DNA of 64,000 nucleotides from Raja brachyura (Eukaryota): positions 7,874,001-7,938,000 of the forward strand of contig OY740825.1 in NCBI GenBank assembly GCA_963514005.1. The letters run 5' to 3'. The translations under genes and the position numbers were made by a program. The notes beneath the pieces are model-generated. The model had not been told where the DNA came from. It searched no databases and saw only the letters and a list, made by a program, of their open reading frames with translations. Below are positions 51,498-64,000 of the stretch, one piece after another; the first letter of the stretch is position 1; the number at the start of each line of letters is the position of its first letter.

Positions 51498-53839
51498 TAA
51501 AAGAACGAAGATAAGAACAAGGCCAGCAAGAAGAATCAAAAATAAAAGTTAAAAATATAAGTAGTATTTGGAAACAAGTGGAACAGCACCAAGCCAAATG
51601 GGTTTGATTTGGCGCCAAAAAAAAAAAAAGGTGGGAACGGGAAGCAATAGCTCAGGGAAGAACTTGGAAAACAAGCAGGGGCAGTAAGGGTCACCAAGCA
51701 CGGTGTCAGCTTACCTGGAATGTATCCAGGGCTGTGCAGCCCACAGCCAAGCCCAAGCAGCAGCCACAGACATCGGGTGGGGGCCTAGTACCGTGAAGGC
51801 CACGGACAGGTCCAGGTCCAGAGAGCCACCGACAGAGGCTGAGTTTTCAGCCCAACCGGGAACAAGTCAACCCGGTGGGGGGAGAAAACAGAGAAAGCCC
51901 GGTCGGGATCAGAGTCAGCCCGACCGTGAACAGAAAAGCAGACAGGCCCGCGAGAGAAGTTGACTTGCGGCTAAAACTTCAACAGTATAATCTAAGAGAC
52001 TGTCCTAAAAACTGCCGCGATCGCCAACAAAGGCATGGAGGACTGATTATCTACAGCACCCGATTAGCAGCCGGTTTTGCATCTGCTAAAAGACTAAACT
52101 GTTAAATACCTTAGGACCTACAACATCCAAATGCCTTCAAAGTGATGGCTGAAGCAATAAATCAAGTGGAACTGTAAATTAATTGCTGAATCTGACAAAA
52201 TAAAAAGGGGGGGAAAAATGGAAAAGTGTTTGGTCATTGAGTGAAATCCAGTTCATCATTTCAGGGTGGATGAATCAGATCCATTTCAAGCGGGCAATCT
52301 GCACAAAAACATTAGAAGACTTGACAGTGTGGGACAAGTCTGATCTCCAGCGCACAAGTGTTACATTTAACGATGTCCCTCTGTCAGAGGCAAGTCTCCG
52401 TTAAATCCAACCCGACCCGATGCCCCTCTCCTCTGTGTCCCACGGGGTTATACCCCAGTCCCTCTCTTCGTGTCTGTCGCTGCTAGTGGCTCCCTCCTGT
52501 CTCCGGGGGCAGTGTTGGGTGGGACTGGGCTGTGTACAGACACATAGCCCATGATATAATGGAGATGAGTTATTTGGTTGAATTTAGAGATACAGCGCAG
52601 AAACAGGCCCTTCGGTCCACCGTGTCCGCACCGACCAGCGATCCCCGCACATTAACACTGGAGAATTTACAATGATACCAAGAAACTAGAGATCCCGGAG
52701 AAAACCCATGCAGACGAACAATCTCCGTATAGACAGCACCCAGAGTGAGTGTGGAACCCAGGTCTCTGGCGCTGTGAGGCAGCATCTCCACCGCTGCGCC
52801 AGGGATTACCATTCATCCCCACTTCAAGCAGTAATCACACCACTATAACCAAACGCTCCTCACACGTAAGGCAGCGGGAACCGCCCTCAACACCAGACAA
52901 AGACTCTTCGAGAACTCAACCAATCTTTATTGCCCTCAGTCTCTGCACAGTCAGTAAACTTCAGAAAACACGGAACCAAGTGATGGTGAAACAGGGCGTA
53001 GAAACAAAGAACTGCAGATGCTAGTTTACACCAAAGATAAAGATGTACTGCTCCATAATATAGAGAGAGAGCGAGAGTTAGACAGGTACACGGATAGGAC
53101 AGGTTTGGATGTAATGGACTAAAGGCGGGCAGGGAATGGTGGGACTAGTGTAGATGCGACATGTTGAAGGGCCTGTTTCCACACTGTATCACTCTATGGC
53201 TCTAAGAGGTTAATCAGAAGATGACATAGAGTGCTGGAGTAACTCTGCTAATCAGGCAGCATCTTTGGAGAACATGGATGGGCGATGTTTCAGGTCGGGA
53301 CCCTTCTTCATACATCGTGGTGGCTTGTGGGGTGGGGGGGAGAGTGGCTAATCTGGTAATGACAGGTGAGGGGATGATTGGCAGATGCGTGGGGTAAGGC
53401 AGGAGGTGAAAAAGACAAAAGGGCATCAGACAGGGAGAGAAGTTTCACATATCCATATTTTACTGCTCCACTGCAAAAGCTCAAGATGTGCCTACATTGA
53501 AGAAGTATCACAAAATGCTGGAGTAACACGTTTCCGGTCGACATCCTTCTTCGACCCAAAACCTCACCCATTCCTTCTCTCAAGATGCTTCCTGTCCCGC
53601 TGTTACTCCAACATTTTGTGTCTATCTTCAATTTAAACAAGCATCTGCAGTTCCTGCCTATCCACCTTGAAGTTCCCCTCCTCTCTCCAGGGGGAGTTCT
53701 GCGAGACCCTCTCTCACTGCTTCCCCCCCCTTTGACAGCCCCAGATCTCCGGAGATGCTGTCTACTTGTGTCTTCTGACCTGGATTAGAGGGAATGAACT
53801 CTAGAGACCTTGGACAAACCAAGATTGTAAAGAGACAGG

Positions 53840-54550
53840 ATAGTGAAAGGCTTGGCTAGAGAGGATGTGGACAGAATGTTTCCACTAGTGGGAGAGTCCA
53901 GGTATAGAATTAAAGGACATTATTTTAGGATGGAGATGAGGAGACATTTCTTTAGTGAGAGGGTGGTGAATCTGTGGGATTCTTTGCCACAGAGGGCTGG
54001 GGGGACCATCTGTGAATATTTTTAAGGCAGAGTTAGATTCTTGACTAGGACAGGTGTCAGGGGTTATGGGGAGAAGGCAGGAGAATGGGGAGAGATACAT
54101 CAGCCATGATTGTATGGCTGAGTAGACTTGATGGGCCAAATGGCCTAATTCTACTCCTACCAGTTATGACCTTTTCTCTGGAGTACAAAGACTTCAGGGA
54201 GATGTCATAGAAGTCGGCAACATTATGAGAGGCATAGATAGGATAGAACCTTCCCCCCAGGGTGGAAATATCAAAGACTAGAGGGCATAGGGTTACGGTG
54301 AAAGGGACAATGTTTAAAGGAGATGTTGCGGACAAGTTATTTTACATTAACACAGAGGGTGGTGGGTGCCTGGAGCACAGAAAGAGACAATAGTGGTTGA
54401 AGAAGCTTTTAGATAGGCACATGGATGTGCAGGGAATGGAGGGATATGGATCACGTGCAGGCAGAGATTAGTTTAACTTGGCATCATGTCCGGCACGGAC
54501 ACTGTGGGCCGAAGGGCCTGTTCCTGTGTTGTACTATTCTGTGTTCTATG
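53840..54550 (+). mobile_element. Two adjacent CR1 3' fragments
   Basis: RMFPLVGESR...FFSERVVNLWDSLP and CR1-type 3' UTRs. Confidence 0.8.
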
Positions 54551-55731
54551 AATGCAAACAATTCCCAGGGGGAATTTTAACAAACAAGGATGCCCTGGCG
54601 ATTCCTTGTCTTGGGGAAGGTGTTAGTGGAGCACAGCTCAACCCCCCCCCCACTCCACTCCACAGTGCTGACCCTGACCCTACACATGACACCCCACCCT
54701 GTGGGAGTCTCCTCGCCCCTCCACCCCTGCAAGGGGCAGACGGGGTCAAGGCTTTTCAAACAAACTATTTAGAAGAGTAACTGTGAACCCGCTCCGCTCT
54801 GCTCCGCACGTTCAGGCACGTTCCTGGCTCACAGCTCCGGGTCACTCCTGTGGGGAAGAGGAGACGGGTCAGAGGAGAGCACTGGCTGCTGGCCGGAGCC
54901 AGACCCAGGCCGGCCCGCACACTTTAGCTGACCGCTGCCTCACCCCCTCACTGCCCCCTGTAGTTCCCTGACCCCTTGCCCATCCTCACCCCACCGGTTC
55001 CGTCAGTGAAGCCTGCCGCCAGCTGACCCCTCACTGCCCCCCTGTAGTTCCCTGACCCCTTGCCCATCCTCACCCCACCGGTTCCTCCTGCCTTCAGCTG
55101 ACTCCTTGCCCATCCTCACCCCACTGGACCTGCCAGCCTCCAGCTGACCCCTTCCCTGTCCACTTGTCCATCCTCACCCCGCCTGCCCTCAGCTGATCCT
55201 AGTACATCTCTGACCCTTCCCTGGCCCCTGCCCATCCTCACCCAGACAAACCCTCACCTGCTGTCTAACCCCTCTCTGACCCCAGTGCGCCCCCCACCCC
55301 TCGCCTCTGCACAGCACCACGCTGTCCCCTGTCCCAACCACAGTATACTCCCAGCCCCTCCCCAGCCTGAGGTGGGAGACACGACGGGAGATGAGAGAGA
55401 GATGGAGGGACACAGGATGAGAGGGAGAGGTGAGAGAGGGAGAGGGGGAGACACAGGATGAGGGGAGGGGAGAGAGACAGGATTAGAGGGAGAGGGGCGA
55501 GAGGGAGAGACACAGGGAAAGAGGGAGACACAGAATGAGAGGGAGTGAGACAGGATGAGAGGCGAGAGAGGGAGAGGGGAGAGATAGAGACAGGATGCTA
55601 GGGAGAGAGGGCAGAGGGAGACACAGGACGAGAGAGAGAGAGACAGGGGGAGGTGCAGGAAGAACGATGTAAATGGAGGAAGTGAGTGGTAATGGGACAG
55701 GTCGGTACCTTGGAGCAAACGGGGCGCAGTC

Positions 55732-58700
55732 CTAGAGAAACTCATCGTCAGCAGGTGGGTGCCCTGCAACAACACACGCACTTTACAGGGGGAGGGGGCA
55801 GACTTTGGGGGAGGGGGGGTGGGGGATGAGTGCAGTGGGAGGGAGGGGTGAGTGAATGAAGATGGAGTGAGTTTGGGTTGAGATGGACAGGCCTCATGGG
55901 TCCCAGCGTGGGGCGGGGGGGTGCTGAGAGCTAGTCTGAGATCGTGGAGAGCTGCTGCCTCACAGCACCAGAGACCCGGGTTCCATCCTGATCTCCAGCG
56001 CTCTCTGTCTGTGTGTGGAGTTTGCACATTCTCCTTGTGACTGCGTGGGTTTCCTCCAGGTGCTCTGGTTTTGTCTCGCGCGTCAAAGACGTGCGGGTTT
56101 ATAGGATAATAGTCACTCTGTAAATTGGCCCAAGTGTGTAGGGAGTTGGTGAGAAAGTGGGATAACACAGAACTAGTGTGAACGGGTGGTCGATGGTCGG
56201 CGTGGGCCCGGTGGGCTGTACCTAGCAATTAATGACCAATTAAAAAATGTAATAGCTTTCTTCCACACAGAGGGCGGTGGGTGTATGGAACGAGCTGCCA
56301 GAGGAGATAGTTGAGGCAGGGACTTTCACAACATTTAAAATCCTTTTTGGACAGAGAAATGAATAGGAAAGGTTTAGAGGGATATGGGCCAAACGCAGGC
56401 TTATGTGACTAGTGTAAATGGGCATGTTGGTGGGTGTGGGGAGGTATGGCTGAAGGGGCCGTTTCTATGCTGTGTGACTGTATTCATCAATCTCAGAGTG
56501 GCCCCTTCTCGTGAGGGGAAGCATTCTCTATTCGGTTGTGCGGGGAATGAGTCGTGGTGTCGCCGAGCGTTTGCGAGGCACTGGATTGGGATCTTACGGC
56601 GTACCCGCGTGACTTTGCCAAGATTCAGGCAGTTGTGGCTTTGCGCTTCCTGCAGTCGCTTCGGAAACGGCGCATCCATCCGCGGCCCCGGTCACATCGT
56701 TCTAAATTAAACACAGCACGGTCAGTAGGGAGCCCGTGTGTGTGGGACCGAACTGGGCCCCGTGTGTGTGGGACTGGGCCCTGTGTGTGTGGGACCGGAC
56801 TGTGCGTGTGGGACTGGGCCCCGTGTGTGTGTGGGACCGAACTGGGCCCCGTGTGTGTGGGACCGGACTGGGCCCCGTGTGTGTGGGACCGGACTGTGCG
56901 TGTGGGACCGGGCTGTGCATGTGGGACCGGACTGTGCGTGTGGGACCGGTCTGGGCCCCGTGTGTGTGGGACCGGTCTGGGCCCCGTGTGTGGGACTGGG
57001 CCCCGTGTGTGTGGGACTGGGCCCCGTGTGTGTGGGACCGGACTGGGCCCCGTGTGTGTGGGACTGGGCCCCGTGTGTGTGGGACCGGACTGGGCCCCGT
57101 GTGTGTGGGACTGGGCCCCGTGTGTGTGGGACCGGTCTGGGCCCCGTGTGTGTGGAACCAGTCTGGGCCCCGTGTGTGGGACTGCGCCCCGTGTGTGTGG
57201 GACCGGACTGGGCCCCGTGTGTGTGGGACTGGGCCCCGTGTGTGTGGGACTGGGCCCCGTGTGTGTGTGGGACTGGGCTCCGTGTGTGTGGGACCGGACT
57301 GGGCCCCGTGTGTGTGTGGGACTGGGCCCCGTGTGTGTGTGGGACTGGGCCCGTGTGTGTGGGACCGGGCCCCGTGTGTGTGTGGGACTGGGCCCCGTGT
57401 GTGTGGGACTGGGCCCCGTGTGTGTGGGACTGGGCCCCGTGTGTGTGTGGGACTGGGCCCCGTGTGTGTGTGGGACTGGGCCCCGTGTGTGTGTGTGGGA
57501 CTGGGCCCCGTGTGTGTGTGTGACTGGGCCCCGTGTGTGTGTGGGACCGGGCCCCGTGTGTGTGTGGGACCGGGCCCCGTGTGTGTGTGGGACCGGGCCC
57601 CGTGTGTGTGTGGGACCGGGCCCCGTGCGTGTGGGACCGGGCCCCGTGTGTGTGGGACCGGGCCCCGTGTGTGTGTGGGACCGGGCCCCGTGCGTGTGGG
57701 ACCGGACCCCGTGTGTGTGTGGGGCTGGGCCCCGTGTGTGTGGGACTGGGCCCCGTGTGTGTGTGGGACCGGGCCCCGTGTGTGTGTGGGACCGGGCCCC
57801 GTGTGTGTGGGACTGGGCCCTGTGTGTGTGGGACCGGGCCCCGTGTGTGTGTGGGACTGGGCCCCGTGTGTGTGTGGGACTGGGCCCCGTGTGTGTGGGA
57901 CCGGACTGGGCCCCGTGTGTGTGGGACCGGACTGTGCGTGTGGGACCGGACTGGGCCCCGTGTGTGTGTGGGACCGGGCCCCGTGTCTGTGGGACCGGGC
58001 CCCGTGTGTGTGGGACCGGGCCCCGCGTGTGGGACCGGACTGTGCGTGTGGGACCGGACTGGGCCCCGTGTGTGTGTGGGACTGGGCCCCGTGTATGTGT
58101 GGGACTGGGCCCCGTGTGTGTGTGGGACTGGGCCCCGTGTGTGTGTGGGACTGGGCCCCGTGTGTGTGGGACCGGACTGGGCCCCGTGTGTGTGGGACCG
58201 GACTGGGCCCCGTGTGTGTGGGACCGGACTGTGCGTGTGGGACCGGACTGGGCCCCGTGTGTGTGTGGGACCGGGCCCCGTGTCTGTGGGACCGGGCCCC
58301 GTGTGTGTGGGACCGGGCCCCGCGTGTGGGACCGGACTGGGCCCCGTGTGTGTGTGGGACTGGGCCCCGTGTGTGTGTGGGACTGGGCCCCGTGTGTGTG
58401 TGGGACTGGGCCCCGTGTGTGTGTGGGACTGGGCCCCGTGTGTGTGTGGGACTGGGCCCCGTGTGTGTGGGACCGGACTGGGCCCCGTGTGTGTGGGACC
58501 GGACTGTGCGTGTGGGACCGGACTGGGCCCCGTGTGTGTGTGTGACCGGGCCCCGTGTGTGTGTGGGACTGGGCCCCGCGTGTGTGTGGGACTGGGCCCC
58601 GCGTGTGGGACCGGGCCCCGTGTGTGTGTGTGGGACTGGGCCCCGCATGTGGGACCGGACTGTGCGTGGACATTACCAGCAGGGTCTGCAGGTTTGTTGG

Positions 58701-61700
58701 TGCCACCATCCAGCGGGTGTCGGCTCCGTCTGCCGCCTTGGCTCCATCTCCCCGCGGGCACCGCATGGCGTGTCCCTGCCGCACCAGCTCCTCACCGATA
58801 TCCACACTCTATGTACCGGGGAGGGGGGGGGGGGGGCACAAGACACAGAGCCCGTCAGCACACCCTGAACTAGAACCTCCCGACACCACCCACACCCCCC
58901 TCCCAACACCAAAATCTTCGCCACAACACCTGCCCCCACGCCAGCAAGTGGCTCAGGGCCCCAGCTGGGAACTACAATCAACAGGTGCTCCCCCAGCACC
59001 ACCATCCCACTCCCAAGGGTGAAACCCTTTGCAAAGTCTCCAAAGAGATTTTGAACTTATTCCAAGGATGAGACATATAAAACACCACAAAACATGGGAG
59101 GCGAATTTGGCCATTCAGCATCGCCAATGGACGGCACAGTGGCACAGCGGTAGAGTTGCTGCCACACAGTGCCAGAGACCCTGGTTCAATCCCAACTATG
59201 GGTGCTGTCTGTACAGAGTTTGTACTTTCTCCATGACCACATGGGTTTTCTCCGGGTGCTCCAGTTCCCAAAGCTGTCAGCAGGCAACTGAACCATGCTA
59301 TAACTAACTAGAGAGCGGTCCTGACCTCCCATCTACCTCATTGGAGACCCTCGGACTATCTGGACATTAGCTTGCACTAAACATCTGTACATTGCAGATG
59401 ACTTGAGTGCAATCATGTGTGGTAATGTAAGGAGAAATCATGATTACATGTCTTCGTGCAAGGGGAAAAGATTTAATAGGAATCTGAGGAGTAACTTTTT
59501 CACACAAAGGGTGGTGGGTGTATAGAACGAGCTTTCAGAGGAAGTAGACACAAAATGCCAGAGTAACTCAGCGGTAAGACAGCACCTCTGGAGAGAAGGA
59601 CTAGGCGACGTTTCGGGTCGAGACCCTACTTCAGACTGAAGTGAGGTGAGGGGGTGGGACAAAGATAGAATGTAGGCGGAGACAGTAAGACGAGTGGGAG
59701 AATTAGGAGGTAGTTCTGGGGCTACCCCAACGTTTATGAAACAGTTAGACAGATACATGGAAAGGACAGGTTGGGACGGATTTGGGCCAAACGCAAAGGC
59801 AGTGTATCTGGGACATGTTGGCCGGCGTGGACAAGTTGTACACCCGCGCTGCCCGGCATCGTACCTTCGTGCTGCCCAGCACTGTCCCTCAGTACACCCG
59901 CGCTGCCCGCACTGTAACTCTGCGCTGCACGGTACTGTGCCTTGGTACACCCGCGCTGCCCGGCATTTACACGCGTACTGCCCAGCACTGTCCCTCAGTA
60001 CACCTGCACTGCCCGCACTGTAACTCCGTGCTGCCCGGCACTGTCCCTCAGTACCTCCGTGCTGCCCGGTACTGTACCTCCTTGCTGCCCGGTACTGTAC
60101 CTCCGTGCTGCCCGGTACTGTACCTCCGCGCTGCCCGGTACTGTACCTCCGTGCTGCCCGGTACTGTGCCTCGGTACACCCGCGCTGCCCAGTACTGTAA
60201 CTCTGCGCTGCCCAGTACTGTACCTCCGTGCTGCATGGTACTGTGCCTCGGTACACCCGCGCTGCCCGCACTGTAACTCTGCGCTGCACGGTACTGTGCC
60301 TCGTACACCCACGCTGCCCGGCATTTACACCCGTACTGCCCAGCACTGTCCCTCAGTACACCCGCGCTACCCGGTACTGTCCCCCAGTACATCCGTGCTG
60401 CCCGCACTGTAACTCTGCGCTGCCCGGCACTGCCTACCCTGACTAAAATTATAACATAGTAATAACTAAATATAAATAATAAAGGCATGGGAGAATTATG
60501 CCTATGTAAGAGATCGATCTCTTAGGTAGGCATAATTCCCCGTGCCTTTCATCCGCAGCGCTTGTAACTCGGGAATCTCTGTGCAGCCCACGTGCCGTCA
60601 GCGCTGCCTGAAGCCGTCAGTTTCAAGCGGGGCTGAATGCAGCAAAAATTCTGCCTTTGCCACACTGCGCATGTGCATCAGTCTACTGCGCATGCGCAGC
60701 GCAAGTTTCTTGGTGGGGTTTTCAAATATTGTTAGTCAATATTTTAAGTGTATGTTAGGTAACAAAGAGAGAAGAATGGAGTTTGCGTACCAATCATGTG
60801 GTAAGTACATTTTGTGTTTATGTTTCTAAATACTGTATTTCCCGGGGTGTGGGGGAGAGCTCCTTTCACAGCGTTTGGGGAGTCTGGCCCGGGGTAAAGT
60901 TGCAGGGAGGGCATGAATGTTATGAAGGAGGGGATTGGGATAATGTCACTTGTGACATTCCTTGCACGGAGGCGTGGAATGACACCGCATTGAGGCCGGG
61001 GGGGGGGGGGGGAAGAGAGAAGTAGCTCGGGCGGCTGGGCGGCCGCCGGGCCGGACAGCGGAACCAGCCGCCACCTTAGCTCCTCTGCCGGTCCCCGCTC
61101 ACCTCTGGCAGCTCTCCATCTAAAAACCTCTCTCTTGCCGCTCGCTGGCCTCATGTCCTTAAATTCTGACAGCGCGATTGAGGTTACTCGGCTGTGGGAA
61201 TTTAAGGATTTGCAGGAAACCGCTGACATGAGCGAAGTCGGCGAACGGCAGGTGACAGGTGTTCCGACAAAGAGCACTGCCAAAGGTGAGTGGGCCGGCA
61301 GAAGGCGCTGAAGTGGCGGCCAGTTCTGCTGTCGGGTTCCGGTGGCCGCTCGCAGCTCCCGGAGCTGCTTCTATCCCCAGCGCCCGGAGAGCTGCGGTAG
61401 CGGTGAGTGAGTGAGCTACTGCCAGTCTCCCCGACACCCTCCTTCTCAACACTCATGCCCTCCCCACAACTTTACCCCTGGCACAGACTCTCCACACGCT
61501 GTGAAAGGAACTGTTCCCCAATTGGTCTAGGAAGCCTTGGGCAAATTGAAATGCCACTGTTTTTATTTATTTATTTATTTAACGGAGAGAACAATCTGCA
61601 CATGCGCGGTTTAAATTTTTTATAAAGCGGACTGAGTGCCTACCCTGAGTAATCACGGCACGTGCCCGTCACTTTACCTCTGCGCAGCCTGGCACTATAC

Positions 61701-62692
61701 CGCAGTACACCCGCGCTGCCCGTCACTGTCCCTCAGTACACCCACGCTGCCCGGCACTGTACAGCAGTACACCCGCGCATCCCGGCACTGTACCGGAGTA
61801 CACCCGCGCTGCCCGTCACTGTACCGCAGTACACCCACGCTGCCTGGCACTGTACCGCAGTACACCCACGCTGCCCATCACTTTACCTCTGCGCAGCCTG
61901 GCACTGTACCGCAGTACACCCACGCTGCCTGGCACTGTACCGCAGTACACCCACACTGCCCACACTGTACCGCAGTACACCCACGCTGCCCAGCACTGTA
62001 CCGCAGTACACCCACGCTGCCCATCACTTTACCGCAGTACACCCACACTGCCCACACTGTACCGCAGTACACCCACGCTGCCCGGCACTATACTGCAGTA
62101 CACCCACGCTGCCCATCACTTTACCTCTGCGCAGCCTGGCACTGTACTGCAGTACACCCGCGCTGCCCGTCACTGTACCGCAGTACACCCACGCTGCCCG
62201 GCACTATACTGCAGTATACCCACGCTGCCCGGCACTATACTGCAGTACACCCACGCTGCCCAGCACTATACCGCAGTACACCCACGCTGCCCACACTGTA
62301 ACTCTGCGCTGCCCGGCACTGTACCGCAGTACACCCGTGATGCCCGTCACTGTATCGCAGTACACCCACGCTGCCTGGCACTGTACCGCAGTACACCCAC
62401 GCTGCCGGCACTGTACCGCAGTACACCCGTGATGCCCGGCACTGTACCGCAGTACACCCGCGCTGCCCGGCACTGTACCGCAGTACACATGATGATAATA
62501 AAGGAAGGTCCCCTACACCAGCGCTGCCCAGAACGCCTACCTTGCCCTGGCTGCGGTCGAACAACTGCACTCGTGGTCTGGTCACCCCTTCACTCTGCAG
62601 GTAGCTACAGATCCGAGCCAGCAGCACCTTCCACTCCGCACAGTGGGCGAGACCGTCAAAACAGTTCATGGCTTCCTCCGACCAGTTCTCCC
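55732..62692 (-). CDS. TDRKH: TDRKH (Tudor and KH domain protein), last four coding exons; the gene continues beyond the right edge
   Basis: Exons 62692-62541 (ENWSEEAMNCFDGLAHCAEWKVLLARICSY...LFDRSQGK), 58808-58677 (SVDIGEELVRQGHA...), 56701-56605 and 55763-55732 (GHPPADDEFL*). Matches recalled TDRKH segments WEEEALDEFDRLTHCADWK...LDIGLELVHKGYA. Phases are consistent; the last two exons are less certain. Confidence 0.85.
56732..58669 (+). repeat. Intronic minisatellite of about 1.9 kb, units of about 19-26 bp: CCCC(GT)nGGGAC(CGGAC)TGGG
   Basis: Directly visible; fills the TDRKH intron between the exons at 56701 and 58677. Confidence 0.97.
59838..60430 (+). repeat. Minisatellite of GTACACCCGCGCTGCCCGGCACT-type units
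   Basis: Tandem degenerate units of about 21-31 bp. Confidence 0.9.
61655..62488 (+). repeat. Minisatellite of about 31-bp units (CAGTACACCCACGCTGCCCGGCACTGTACCG), related to the 59838-60430 array
   Basis: Directly visible tandem units. Confidence 0.92.
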
Positions 62693-62730
62693 CTGGAACA
62701 ACACAACAGTCCTCACTCGGAAGACAGACC

Positions 62731-63650
62731 GGAACGCCTTGGACTTGGAGGAAGTGGGAGGAGTCAAAGGAAAAGTTGTTGAGGGTGAGGGCCAGCTCTG
62801 CTAGGCACAGTAGAGTGTTAGTAGAGGGAAATTGGATGATTCTGCGGTCAAGGAAGAAACGGAGGGAGTTAAGGCTTTCCTGGTGGCGGATGGAGGTGTA
62901 GAATGACTGAACGTCCATAGTAAAGTTGAGGGAGTGGGGGCTCGGAAAGCAGAATTCATTAAAGAGACAAAGGGCATGTGAGGTATCTTGGACATAGGTC
63001 GGGAGAGTTAGGATGGATTCGAGGTATGTGGAAATAATTTCTGTGGGACAGGAGCTGGCAGAAACAATGGGTCTGCCAGGGCAGTTGTGTTTATGGATTT
63101 TGGGGAGAAGGTAAAAACTGGCTGTGTGGGGCTGGGAAACGATAAGGTTGGAGGCTGTGAAAGGCAGACAGAAGTGATGAAATCAGTAATGGTGTTTGAG
63201 ATGAAGGCCTGGTGCTCATCTGAGGGATCATGGTCCAAGGACATGTAGGAGGAGGTGTCTGAGAGTTGTCGCCTGGACTCAGCCCGGTAGAGGTTAGTGC
63301 GCTAGACTACCACGGCACCTCCTTTGTGGCGGGTTAGATAATGTCGGGGATGCTGCAGAGTGAACAGAGGGCTGTACGTTCAGTGGGGGTGAGGTTAGAG
63401 TAGGTGAGGGGACTGGAAAAGTTGAGATGGTTGATGCCACTCCATCGTTATAAATAAAGAAGTCTAGAGAGGGTAGAAGGCCGTTCCGCAGAGTCCAAGA
63501 TGAGGGGGGACCAGTGGGGATGGGAGAAGGGGTCATCACTGGGTGGTGAGGACTCCTCCCCATAGAAAAAGGCACTAGGGCGGATGCGACAGAAGAAGAG
63601 CTCTACGTCGTGGTGGACCAGGAGCCCGTTGAGGTGGGGGCAGAGGGGAA
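62731..63650 (-). mobile_element. Penelope-like element, reverse transcriptase fragment (frameshifted)
   Basis: MDVQSFYTSI...LAELALTLNNFSFDSSHFLQVQG, and upstream LDHDPSDEHQ...ISNTI. Confidence 0.85.
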
Positions 63651-64000
63651 CCTCTGTTGACGACAGACCGTTCCGTGCGAGGGGGAGGTTGGGGGGGGGG
63701 GGGGGGGGGGGGGGGGGCGGTGGTAAAGACACGACAAGGGTGCGGGTTGGGGTCAGAGGAGGGGACAAACCTCACTCAGTCTCAGCAGAAACACCTCCCC
63801 TGCACCAGTCTCCCCAGTCGTAGAGTCAAACAGAGGTGCAGAGGAGAGGAACAGGCCCTTCATCCCACAATGTCTGTGCCAAACATGACACCAAGATAAA
63901 CTGATCTCCTGTGCCTGTACGTGATCCATATCCCCCTAATCCCTGCATATCCATGTGCCTATCTTAAACACCACTATCATATCTGCCTTCACCACCTCCC

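Noticed and set aside
56554-58873. Very long ORFs (up to 726 aa) on both strands, rich in Cys/Val/Gly or His/Thr/Pro
   Set aside because: They are translations of a nearly stop-free minisatellite inside a TDRKH intron. Only the flanking exon segments are coding.
59444-62488. Repetitive 150-300 aa ORFs and a superficially CRISPR-like repeat pattern
   Set aside because: Tandem minisatellite units without unique spacers, in a eukaryotic intron with no cas genes.
62235-62918. 227-aa ORF suggesting an RT-Tudor fusion
   Set aside because: A chance in-frame run through an intronic Penelope fragment, the TDRKH exon (which has its own acceptor at 62693) and a minisatellite.

Overview
Repeat-rich vertebrate genomic DNA with 7 N-gaps. 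The CR1, Penelope and tRNA-SINE repertoire points to a cartilaginous fish, probably a skate or ray (inference). From left to right the window holds: a CpG-island promoter; MLLT11/AF1q (+); the two 5' coding exons of a PAQR6-like gene (-), one carrying a 1-nt frameshift; three immunoglobulin-superfamily genes; and the 3' exons of TDRKH (-). The three IgSF genes (A +, B +, C -) can each be spliced by hand into an open 6-exon ORF of about 300 aa: leader / germline-joined V-J domain / C1-type domain / Cys stalk plus TM / short cytoplasmic exon / Tyr-motif exon. They look like non-rearranging, TCR-chain-shaped receptors of the PRARP/VJC1 type. Their neighbours have human orthologues at 1q21-q22, an MHC paralogon. 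This cluster is the main finding. The rest is CR1 LINE fragments, Penelope fragments with minimal hammerhead-ribozyme-like motifs, SINEs, a Gypsy-type LTR relic and minisatellites. All exon models and homologies were read by eye; no search was run.
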